From NCBI GenBank assembly GCA_020833025.1, contig JAJHRB010000015.1:1-27282 (forward strand): a stretch of 27,282 nt of DNA, given 5' to 3'. Positions 17,418-25,916 of this stretch are shown piece after piece (the stretch's first letter is position 1; each line of letters begins with the position of its first letter). Both the position numbers and the translations under genes were made by a program. The notes beneath the pieces are model-generated. The model had not been told where the DNA came from and made no database searches. It saw only the letters and a program-made list of their open reading frames with translations. Source of the DNA: Thermoproteaceae archaeon (GTDB lineage: Archaea > Thermoproteota > Thermoprotei > Thermoproteales > Thermoproteaceae).

Positions 17418-18679
17418 CGTCGCTGGAGGAGGTACTGAGAGAGGCCTACAAGCTCGCAGTGCTGAGCGAGAAAGAGGTGAGGGAGGTAACCGAGACCGCG
17501 CGGAGCGCGAAGGCGCTGGTGGCGGATATCGTGAGCTCCGCAGGCATCAGCGCCGAGGTCGACGTTTACGGCTCGAGCGCCAGGCTCACGTGGATTCCCG
17601 GGCATCCCGACGTCGACGTCTTTGTCGTGCTCGAGAATAGAGACGTCAAGCCAGAAAGCGTTGTGAGGGCCCTCTCGGAGGGCTTGACTAGCCGCGGCAT
17701 TAAGTGGAGACTGCGCTACGCCCAGCACCCCTTCATTACCTTGAGCGCCGGCTGGTGCGAGGTTGACGTAGTTCCCTGCTACAAAATAAACCCGGGCGAG
17801 CGGCCGATCACAGCGGCCGACAGGTCACCGCTTCACCACAAATTTCTCGCAGAGAGGCTGAACGACGAGCTTCGGCGTGACATCAGACTGCTGAAGATAT
17901 TCATGAGGACAGTAGGCGTTTACGGCGCGGAGATAAAAGTTGAGGGCTTCTCCGGCTACCTCGCCGAGCTTCTCGTCACGTACTACGGATCATTTCTCGA
18001 GGTCCTCAAGGCCGCAGCGCTGTGGAGACCGTACCGCGTTCGTATAGATCCCTCCGGCAGGTCTGCCGCCGAGAAGTTCAAGGCGCCGCTCATAGTGGTG
18101 GATCCCGTCGACCCGGATAGAAACGCGGCGGCGGCAGTGTCTCTGGCGTCAATGTCGACGTTCATACTGGCCTCGCGGCGCTTTTTAAAGAGGCCGTCCC
18201 TGTCGTACTTCCTGCCCCGGCAGGGACATGCCGTGCGCCATCTGAGCGTCGTTGAGGTAATCTTCCCGTACCCCGGAGAGCCTCCCGATATCGTCTGGGG
18301 TAAATATAAGAGAGCCGGCCGGGCGCTGCGGGAACAGCTAAGAGAGTGCGGGTTCAGGGTATACAGGTGGGGCGTTGAGAGCGATGAGAAGACGCACGTC
18401 TCTCTGGTCTACGTCGTGGACCAGACAGAGCTGCCGCCGTTTGTACTCCACAGAGGCCCTCCGGTGTACTCGGACGACGTTGACAAATTCATTGAGAAGT
18501 ACGTGGCCGAGGATGTTGTCGGGCCTTTTGTTGACGGTATTAGAGTTTACGTGATAAAGAGAAGGCGCTACGTAAGCGTGGTGGAGTGCATCTCAAGGAA
18601 ACTCGGCGCGGGGAACTACACAATTCGCGTGAATGCGTACGAGGGCGCGCTAGTTCAAAAAAATGCATGGATTACCTAA
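17414..18679 (+). CDS. cca: CCA-adding enzyme (class I)
   Basis: GSSARLTW...DVDVF, YAQHPF, DRSPLH, YGAEIKVEGFSGYLAELL, DPVDPDRNAAAA. Confidence 0.96.
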   Translation: MTSLEEVLREAYKLAVLSEKEVREVTETARSAKALVADIVSSAGISAEVDVYGSSARLTWIPGHPDVDVFVVLENRDVKPESVVRALSEGLTSRGIKWRLRYAQHPFITLSAGWCEVDVVPCYKINPGERPITAADRSPLHHKFLAERLNDELRRDIRLLKIFMRTVGVYGAEIKVEGFSGYLAELLVTYYGSFLEVLKAAALWRPYRVRIDPSGRSAAEKFKAPLIVVDPVDPDRNAAAAVSLASMSTFILASRRFLKRPSLSYFLPRQGHAVRHLSVVEVIFPYPGEPPDIVWGKYKRAGRALREQLRECGFRVYRWGVESDEKTHVSLVYVVDQTELPPFVLHRGPPVYSDDVDKFIEKYVAEDVVGPFVDGIRVYVIKRRRYVSVVECISRKLGAGNYTIRVNAYEGALVQKNAWIT

Positions 18680-18698
18680 GTGCCCCCCAACTCCCCGT

Positions 18699-18754
18699 CG
18701 CCTTCCGGGGGCAGGAGGCCCCGCTCACGGATCGCGGGGCAGGGCCGCGGCGTG
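18699..18754 (-). ncRNA. Candidate K-loop hairpin sRNA (pseudouridine-guide-like)
   Basis: Minus strand GCCCCGC-GA-TCCGT-GA-GCGGGGC, outer CGCC/GGCG, AT-rich box at 18778-18785. Confidence 0.35.
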
Positions 18755-18896
18755 GTGGCGCGGCGTCACGCTGATGCATTAATTTGACGCGCGGTTTGAC
18801 TTTCCTTGGAAATGCCGGCCTGATGTAGTAAACTTAGTACACACCTTAGTTGCACTGGGTCAGTCTTTAAGCGATCCGGATATTGCAGTAATATTT

Positions 18897-19825
18897 ATGG
18901 TCATGACGGCCGAAAAAGCCGCCATTTCAGTTAAGACCTTTAGCGGCAAAGGCTTGATAGGCGTATCGATTAATTCCATTCGGAAACGCGATCTCGTCGG
19001 TATATACAACGTGCTGCCCACTGACGTCATTGCTGGGGAATATATGCGCGTACCTCCCCCAGATGTAAACCTGCATGCTTATGCAGAAGACGGGAGACAT
19101 GTCGGGGTTAACTACGAGACAGGGAGTTACGAAGCTGCGATACCTGGAATGCTAACCTCTGGTGATTTGATCAACAGAAGGGAGTGAATATTTGTCCCAG
19201 AGAATGTAGGTATTCATTTCGTGGTGTCCGGTAAAGATATTGAGATGTTTCTATATGCATTCCCAAGCGCCAGGGCATATACCAACGGCACGGAGACTTA
19301 TGCCATTACTCTAGCTTTACTATGACTCAAACGGAACTAGATATGAATCTCTCCCAGTGATTCAATAAATACCTCCCGGGGAGGTGCTTGAACACAGCTT
19401 CGAGGTGATCCGTAATCCAAACAGCACCTACGGTCATCATTCATAGGGGTCGCACTCACGCCCTCGCTATTGACATCAAACCCACCTTAGGAAGATTGTT
19501 AATAAGGGCGTATTGAGCGTGCATACGAACGTAACGGCCGTAGGCAGCAGTATCAATAGCATCGCGCTACAGTACATATTCAACAACACTGAGATAATAG
19601 ATTACAAGCCATTTGGAAAAATTACGTACGAGCTATACGACGAGAGAGGCGATTTGATAGGAGGAGGGGGCCCTCGGCGGCTTTAACAGCACAGTCGCGG
19701 TCATCAAAAAGTCTGTGCCTGAAGGCTACACGATAGTTGTGAAGACGCACTTCGAAATCCAGGTGCGGAAAAACGGCGTAACGAAAACCGCTAAGGCTAC
19801 CTTCACTGTCAAGAAGAAAGAATAA
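18897..19825 (+). pseudogene. Degraded C-terminal part of a large secreted/cell-surface protein gene
   Basis: Protein-like reading continues across TGA 19185-19187, further stops and several frameshifts to ...KATFTVKKKE* at 19825; many N-x-S/T sequons; AT-richer than flanks. Confidence 0.65.
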
Positions 19826-19919
19826 TTTATTTACCTTCTCTCTCCTGAGATCCCCACTTCAGGCTTTTCTACGAACTCCCGCCCTCAGAGCTTCCGCAGT
19901 AGGTCCTGTGGCGGGACCG

Positions 19920-20456
19920 CTAGAGTGGGCGTGCCATTAAGTACGCATCCTCTCCGTCACTGTAGTACTGCGTAATTCTCCTTACGACGTGGAATCCGAG
20001 CTTCTGGTACAGCGATATCGCCGGCGCGTTCGACACGCGCACCTCGAGGTAAACCTCCGTGGCCTCGTAATACACTCTCATCGCCTTCATGCTCCGCAAG
20101 AGCATTCTGGTGGCTATGCCGAGCCTCCTGGCCTCGGGGAGGACCCCAACTGAGATCACGTGGCCCTTTCTCACTACCCTGTTCTTGAACAGGTTGCTCC
20201 AGCCGTACTCGACGCGCGACATCACGTACCCGACCACTCTGTTGTTCGCCTCGGCGATGATGAACGCCTTGGGAAACTGCTCGAGGTGCTCGAGAAAGAA
20301 CCAGCTGGGGTAGTTCTCAGGGAGCACCCTCCTGTTTATTGTTATCACGTCGTCTAGGTCTCTCAGCGAGGCCTCGCGTACTGTAAACACAGTCATCCCG
20401 TCATTGCCCACGAATTTCTGCGGCCCCTCGATTATTACCTCGGCGTTACTTACCAT
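19920..20456 (-). CDS. ard1: N-terminal protein acetyltransferase (Ard1/RimI-type GNAT)
   Basis: LPENYP..FF.EH, KGHVISVGVLPEARRLGIA, LEVRVSN..AI.LY, YYSDGEDAYLM. Confidence 0.9.
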   Translation of the reverse strand: MVSNAEVIIEGPQKFVGNDGMTVFTVREASLRDLDDVITINRRVLPENYPSWFFLEHLEQFPKAFIIAEANNRVVGYVMSRVEYGWSNLFKNRVVRKGHVISVGVLPEARRLGIATRMLLRSMKAMRVYYEATEVYLEVRVSNAPAISLYQKLGFHVVRRITQYYSDGEDAYLMARPL

Positions 20457-20493
20457 TCGCCGGCGAGAGCGCGCGAGTATAATAAATATTGGC

Positions 20494-21411
20494 CTAGCCG
20501 GAGGTCAGAATGAGATAGAGCAGCGACATTCTCAAGGGCACTCCCAGCTCTGCCTGTTTGAAGTATCTCGCGTGTGGCGTGGCGTCAATTCTGTGGTCTA
20601 TCTCGTCAACGCGCGGCAGCGGGTGCAGTATTATTAGACTCCTCTTGGCTCTCTTCAGTGTCTCCAGCGTTATCCTGTAGCTGCCCTTGGCTCTCTCGTA
20701 CTCGAGCGGATCCAGAAAGCGCTCCCTCTGGATTCTAACAACATAGATCACGTCCAGATCGCCTATCACCTCGTCGATGCTGGTGTGGAAGCTCACCTTA
20801 AGGCCGCGCGACTGGACATAGTCAAGCACCTCAGCCCGCGGGCGCAGGAACTCGGGGCATATCAAGCGGACCTTGACGTTGAAATTTGTAAGCGCCTCCA
20901 GGAGGCTGTTAACGGTGCGCGCGTGGCGGAGGTCTCCCACAAGCCCGATGTTGAGCCCGTCTACGGCGCCGAACTCCCGCCACATCACGTACGCGTCCAG
21001 CATGGCCTGCGTGGGGTGATTTGAAGAGCCATCGCCCCCGTTTATGACGGGGTTCTCTGCGATCTCGGCGGCTAGCTTCGCAGCGCCCTCGTGCGCGTGC
21101 CTCACGACTATTACGTCTGCGTATGCGTCGAGCGTGCGTATCGTGTCGGCAAAGGTCTCTCCCTTCTCTACACTCGTGCCCTCGGCCCCCCAGAACCCTA
21201 TGACGTCACCCCCGAGCCTCCTCATTGCAGTCTCGAAGCTCAGTCTGGTTCGCGTCGACGGCTCGAAAAAGGCCAGCGCCATGACCTTACCCCTCAGGAA
21301 GTCCACGCGGCTCCTGGCGTACCTCTCCATGTACTTGGCAACCTCAAAGAGCTCCTCCAGGTCAGCTCTCGTGAACTCTCGCGCGGCAATCACGTCCCTC
21401 CTGTACCACAC
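20494..21411 (-). CDS. pyrB: Aspartate carbamoyltransferase catalytic subunit
   Basis: [32 protein letters not shown]. Confidence 0.97.
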   Translation of the reverse strand: MWYRRDVIAAREFTRADLEELFEVAKYMERYARSRVDFLRGKVMALAFFEPSTRTRLSFETAMRRLGGDVIGFWGAEGTSVEKGETFADTIRTLDAYADVIVVRHAHEGAAKLAAEIAENPVINGGDGSSNHPTQAMLDAYVMWREFGAVDGLNIGLVGDLRHARTVNSLLEALTNFNVKVRLICPEFLRPRAEVLDYVQSRGLKVSFHTSIDEVIGDLDVIYVVRIQRERFLDPLEYERAKGSYRITLETLKRAKRSLIILHPLPRVDEIDHRIDATPHARYFKQAELGVPLRMSLLYLILTSG

Positions 21412-21488
21412 GCGTGCAGGCCGGCATGCATTTAAAGGGTTGAGGCTGCCTGCAGCTTAGCACATTTTTAAATGCGCCGCCCCCTCCC

Positions 21489-22088
21489 GTGTACCCGGTA
21501 ATAGTCGCGCTAGACACGAGCGCAGCGCGGGCGCTAGCTCTGGCGAGGGAGCTAAAAGACGCGATTGCCGCCTTCAAGGTCGGGTGGGAGCTCATACTCG
21601 AGCGCGGCGTGGAGATTGTCGGCGAGCTCGCGAGGCTCGGGAGTGTAATAGCAGACTTGAAAATTGCGGACGTCCCGCACGTGGCAGAGAGAATAATAGC
21701 GAGGCTCGTGGACAGGGGGGCATGCTGCGTGATAGTCCACGGGTTCCTCCACCCCTCGGTTCCCAGAGACGGGCGCGTATATGTCCTCGCGAAGATGACC
21801 GTGCCAACGCAGTACGATGCCGTGTGGGAGAGGCTCTTGAGCGAGATAGACGGCGTCCGGGGGTTCGCGCTCCCGGGGAACCAGCCCGAGGTTATAGCGC
21901 GAGCGCGGCAGCGGCTCGGCTGCCGCTTCAGGCTCATCTCGCCGGGCATTGGGCCTCAGGGCGGGGCGCCGGGCAGTGCCATTAAAGCCGGCGCCGACTT
22001 TGAAATTGTCGGCAGGTACATTCTCGAGAGCCCGGAGAGGGTTCATGAGTGGTCGGGGCTCAGACCGGCGTGCTTCAGCACGCCGTAG
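21489..22088 (+). CDS. pyrF: Orotidine 5'-phosphate decarboxylase
   Basis: IVALD, FKVG, DLKIADVP, SPGIGPQGG, IVGR; divergent from pyrB. Confidence 0.95.
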   Translation: MYPVIVALDTSAARALALARELKDAIAAFKVGWELILERGVEIVGELARLGSVIADLKIADVPHVAERIIARLVDRGACCVIVHGFLHPSVPRDGRVYVLAKMTVPTQYDAVWERLLSEIDGVRGFALPGNQPEVIARARQRLGCRFRLISPGIGPQGGAPGSAIKAGADFEIVGRYILESPERVHEWSGLRPACFSTP

Positions 22089-22145
22089 CCTGCCGCGCCG
22101 GCCGCGGCGTGAATGTATTATATCTGGTTCGCAGAGTGCCGTCGA

Positions 22146-22200
22146 CAGTGATGAGCCGTGTTTATGAGGAGCCTGTGACTTGTCACGGCCGTTCTGAGCC
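22146..22200 (+). ncRNA. Candidate C/D box sRNA
   Basis: C box GTGATGA 22148-22154, D box CTGA 22194-22197, about 50 nt span, TATA TATTATAT at 22116-22123. Confidence 0.55.
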
Positions 22201-22260
22201 GTCAGCGTCTTTATGAAGGGCATTTGTGAAGGGTGCCGGTCCTTAACTTTAAGATCATAC

Positions 22261-22584
22261 TTATGATTTGTGAAATTTCAAGGCATATTCTTCAGCCGTG
22301 TTTTTATCAGTAATCATACAATCCCAGAGCTTGACGAAGATGCCGTCGCCAATATATCTAATCCATGCCGAAAAGGCTCTGAAGCTTGGTTTGTGGCGGT
22401 TACCTAGTTTGACAATCTTGCGGCCAATAACCAATGGAATAAATTTCGCTTGGAGTACACTAGTTTCTGTCGGTGACGCAAAACTCTGATTACAAATGCA
22501 CTCCATCAGCTCTGGCCGCTCTAGCAACCTCTCTAGCGCTCTAGTACTAGGTCGCTTGGTAATATGCCTGCTGTGGCGGCTCAT
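22261..22584 (-). CDS. AT-rich orphan hypothetical protein
   Basis: 107-aa ORF in AT-richer DNA; AT box at 22614-22625 upstream; no family recognised. Confidence 0.5.
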   Translation of the reverse strand: MSRHSRHITKRPSTRALERLLERPELMECICNQSFASPTETSVLQAKFIPLVIGRKIVKLGNRHKPSFRAFSAWIRYIGDGIFVKLWDCMITDKNTAEEYALKFHKS

Positions 22585-22839
22585 TAAATTTGGACTACAC
22601 CAAGTACCCCAAAGAAATTAATATAATGATTTTGCCAGGTTTTTAAATCTTATTTTTATCCCAGCCTACGTACCATATGGCACGTCCCCAAGCTATGTTA
22701 CAATACTGCCTTTTTGCGGAAACTGCCTAGAAGGGTCTCGTGAGGCCCTCTGTAAGTTAAGGTAGGAATGGAAGGGGGAGTCGGAGTGGGACAATATTGT
22801 GAATGTTATGAAGTTTAGGAGATGCGGCTGCGCGACAAG

Positions 22840-23400
22840 TTAGCCCGCCACTGCGCGGTCACGTGGAAGCTTTTGCCCCCGCGGGAACGCCTGTGCCTCA
22901 GCCCTCTTCGCAAGGCGCGCGAGATGCCTATATATCTCCGGGTCGCTCCGGGCCCTCTCCACTATCGCGTCGAGCAGCGCTATTAGCTCGTCATACACTT
23001 TCACGTTCACGGGATACGGCACGCCGTCCTTGCCGCCGACGGCGAAGGCGAACTTGAACGGGTCGAGCGCCGGGTCGTTCCAGTCCGCCGGCGCCCTGTA
23101 AATCAGCTCGGCCACGAGCGAGAGAGCGCGCAGAGTCCTGGCGCCGACCCTGTACTTCAGCAGCAGCTCCTTGAAGTCGGCCACGGACTTCGGGGGCGGC
23201 AGATTTCTGACCACGGCCTTGACGTTAACTTCGGAGAGCTCCAGCCCGGTCGCTCTGATGTCGGCGCGGGGATTGTAATACGCCACATCGAGCAGCGTAA
23301 GCTGGCCCTTGAGCGCGTTTAAGTGCCTGGCGACGCTGGCAGGCCCCTCGTTTACGAGCTCGAGCACTACCCGCCTGTTCTTGCCGCTGAGCCGCGAGGC
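22840..23400 (-). pseudogene. DUF763 family gene, N-terminal half missing (5' boundary approximate)
   Basis: VGARTLRALSLVAELIY, DPFKFAFAVGGKDGVPYPV are DUF763 C-terminal motifs; no DUF763-like N-terminus upstream. Confidence 0.75.
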
Positions 23401-23472
23401 GCCGCGCGACGTGACGGTGCGCGGCGCGATACTGCGCCATCTCGGAATTTCGCGCGACTTCGAGCAGTTCCT

Positions 23473-24900
23473 CTACAGAGTGTGGGCGGTGAGAGCGCTT
23501 GAGGAGTGCTGCGCGTACGTGATGAACCCGGTCGGCGGAAAAAGAGAGGAGTGCCTTTGCATGATCTTCCTGGCGGCCTCCCTCTGCCTCTGCGTTCCGC
23601 TTCTTGCCTTCTCGGCGAGGTAAAGCGCTACCGCCCTCCTGATGGTCTCGTCCCTCTCCGCCAGCCTCAGCAGGTCCGCCGTGGCTACATACACCATGTA
23701 GTAGTCGCCAGCGCGGACCACATTTGGCCTGAGCCCGGCGGACTCGAGCCTGCCGGCAATGGCAAGCGCCTCTTCAACACTGCGGACGTAGCGCTCGGCC
23801 CGCAGCGAGCCTCCCCCGCTGCTTACGAGATGTAGGTACATCTCAACGCCGGCAACGGCTAGTATGCACCTTTTCTCTGCCCTCAGCTTGTAGGCCATTC
23901 TGAAGGCGTCGTCAGTTGCCAGTCTCACGACAACCCACTTGTGCGCACTTAGAAGGTCCAGCAGTTTCCCGTAAGCGCCGGCCGCCTCCCTGAGCCTCAC
24001 GAACGCCTCCTTGCCCGTGGCGACAAGGGCCCTCCTCGCGGCTATGCTCGAGCCCAGCCTCCACGGCTCCTTGGCCGTAATCGCAAGCTTGTAATTGCTG
24101 TGTAGAATCTCCTCCCGCTTTGTCTCCCCATCTCCCAGCCACATGGTGAGCAGCAGTGCCCACTCGCCGCGTCTGATGCTCTCAGCGACTAGGTCTATCG
24201 CCTTGTCCTTGCTCCATTTCTGCTCCCAGCTCTTCGCAACGACGTATGTATGTACGCTTATTCCCTCGCGCGTTAAATTGACCCTGTTAATGCGTATGCG
24301 GAGCTCCCCGTGTCTCGCCGCGGCCCACGCGACGAGCTGCCAGGGCTGCGTGGTGCCCATTGCGGGCCGGCCTTTGTTTTCGAACTCGTCGCTCGCCCTC
24401 CAGCCGAGCTGCAGCAGCTCGAGCCTCTCGTGCGGGAGCCTCAAAATGTCCGGGAAATAGGTCTCGGCGCTGGCGCCGTGAATGGGAATGAATGGAGGGA
24501 ATGGAAACCTGTCGATGTACATCCACGTTCCATCCGGCGCGTACAGCCTGCTCCCCTCTATTCTGTACGTGTCCTCGGCGACGGCCTTGTACAGCGCCGT
24601 CAGCTTGTTTCTCGCCTGCCTCCAAGCCTCCAGCAGCAGCCGCTTCAGCGCGTCTCTGAAGTGTATGAGCTGTTTTTTCTCCTCCTCTGTGAGCGGAAAT
24701 GTCTCGATTATCCTCTGCACAGCATATTCGACGTAGGCGATCCACGCGGGGAAGACCCAGTCAACCGGGCCGCGGAGGGCGCCGCGCCTCGAGACCTGCT
24801 CTAGCACCTCCTCCAGCGCCGGCGGGCTGGCGACCGGTTTCAGTGCAAGCTCCAGGCGGCGCCCGAGCCCCTCCATGTCAACTGCGGCATTTTTCTCCAT
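23473..24900 (-). CDS. PaRep2b-type repeat-family protein
   Basis: LRGPVDWVFPAW, LYAPDGTWMY, LELLQLGWRASDE, TTQPWQL, WLGDG recalled as PaRep2b motifs; not searched. Confidence 0.75.
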   Translation of the reverse strand: MEKNAAVDMEGLGRRLELALKPVASPPALEEVLEQVSRRGALRGPVDWVFPAWIAYVEYAVQRIIETFPLTEEEKKQLIHFRDALKRLLLEAWRQARNKLTALYKAVAEDTYRIEGSRLYAPDGTWMYIDRFPFPPFIPIHGASAETYFPDILRLPHERLELLQLGWRASDEFENKGRPAMGTTQPWQLVAWAAARHGELRIRINRVNLTREGISVHTYVVAKSWEQKWSKDKAIDLVAESIRRGEWALLLTMWLGDGETKREEILHSNYKLAITAKEPWRLGSSIAARRALVATGKEAFVRLREAAGAYGKLLDLLSAHKWVVVRLATDDAFRMAYKLRAEKRCILAVAGVEMYLHLVSSGGGSLRAERYVRSVEEALAIAGRLESAGLRPNVVRAGDYYMVYVATADLLRLAERDETIRRAVALYLAEKARSGTQRQREAARKIMQRHSSLFPPTGFITYAQHSSSALTAHTL

Positions 24901-24960
24901 GCCGCGCGGAGATGCGCCGGGATATAAGCGGGCGCTGCAAGCAGGCGCGACCGCGGCAAG

Positions 24961-25258
24961 CTGAAAGTTTCGGCGGGGTCTCCTCTCGCCCTGCTGGCGC
25001 GCTCCGGCCTAGACGCCGTGCTGGTTATAGACGCGTGGCACGAGTCCCACCTGCCCCTCGCGAGACGCTACCTGGAGCTCTGCGAGAGGCACATGCTGGA
25101 CTGCAGGCTCTTGGAGGCCGGGCCGGCCGAGCTCTGCGAGGCAGAGTGCGGGGAGGGCTGCGCCGCGGTCGCGAGACGACGCCGCCCTGCGCGCTGAGAG
25201 GTGCGCCGTGTTGCTGTTCTGGCGGGGGAGGTTCTGGAGGGCGGCGAGGGCGCGGTAG
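24961..25258 (+). pseudogene. Frameshifted hypothetical gene without a clear start codon
   Basis: SPLALLARSGLDAVLVIDAWHESHLPLARRYLELC...CGEGCAAVAR stops at TGA 25195-25197; the adjacent frame continues DAALRAERCAVLLFWRGRFWR*. Confidence 0.55.
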
Positions 25259-25261
25259 CGC
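25204..25261 (+). repeat. Degenerate direct repeat, copy A
   Basis: Shares GTTCTGGCGGGGG, CTGGAGGGCGG, CGCGG and AGCGC in order with 25853-25912. Confidence 0.7.
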
Positions 25262-25322
25262 ACCGGTCTCCGCCAAAAGGCGCAGAAGGGGGAAAGCGGG
25301 AGTTAGTGTTCTGGCGGGGAGT

Positions 25323-25565
25323 TCAGTGGGGTATCAACCTCATTACTGCAGCGGCGGTGTTAATAACATCAGGAACCAGCGACCATATCCGCGAGCAACT
25401 GCACTTGGTTTCATTCCGTCTCACCTCGATTCTAGGCAGAGAGAATTCAATAACAAACCACCGATCCGGCTTTAGCTCACAAGTCACACGTAATCTTCCT
25501 TTTTCGTCTATCGTTATGCTGCACACAGCTCTCTTTTCTTCTCTTTCGTTGTTTTCCTTGTACAT
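25323..25565 (-). CDS. Small orphan protein
   Basis: ATG preceded by GGGTGAC and a TATATAAA box at about 25585-25592; AT-richer; ITIDEKGRLRV loosely AbrB-like. Confidence 0.55.
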   Translation of the reverse strand: MYKENNEREEKRAVCSITIDEKGRLRVTCELKPDRWFVIEFSLPRIEVRRNETKCSCSRIWSLVPDVINTAAAVMRLIPH

Positions 25566-25672
25566 GTCACCCTTCTACGTGGCGGTTTATATAATTTCAT
25601 TTTTACAAATTCCGCCGTTCCGGGGCGCCGCAATTTGTATAAATTGAGCAACTGTAGAGCGTCTCGCCAGGC

Positions 25673-25804
25673 GCGCGCGAGGAGTTCGGCGCGCACCGCG
25701 TCATTGTCAACCCCACGTCCATATTCCTGGACTACGTCCCCAGCACCCGCCTGGACGCGCTCCTCAAGGCGCTCAGAGAGGTGCTGGGCCGGCGCCCCGT
25801 TTAG
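25673..25804 (+). pseudogene. C-terminal gene fragment, possibly from a RecA/KaiC-like ATPase
   Basis: AREEFGAHRVIVNPTSIFLDYVPSTRLDALLKALREVLGRRPV*; no start; family call weak. Confidence 0.35.
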
Positions 25805-25852
25805 CACCCGCCGGGAATTTACTACGCGGCGGGAGTTCAGCGCGCGCCGAAA

Positions 25853-25912
25853 CGCCGCGCTGTCGTTCTGGCGGGGGCAGGCCCCTGGAGGGCGGTGGGG
25901 ACGCGGCAGCGC
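25853..25912 (+). repeat. Degenerate direct repeat, copy B
   Basis: Aligns with 25204-25261 with scattered substitutions and small indels. Confidence 0.7.
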
Positions 25913-25916
25913 GCTG

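Noticed and set aside
23473-23475. Pyrrolysine or programmed read-through of the PaRep2b TAG
   Set aside because: No pyl machinery is known in Thermoproteales or seen here, and the 35 codons after TAG do not look conserved.
25290-25330. CRISPR-like mini array
   Set aside because: Repeats are short, degenerate and irregularly spaced; no cas genes.
4443-25840. Recurrent GCGGG(G)AG(T) motif in several intergenic regions
   Set aside because: It is short, GC-rich and also occurs inside argS and thpR as Arg-Glu codons; enrichment cannot be shown without counting.
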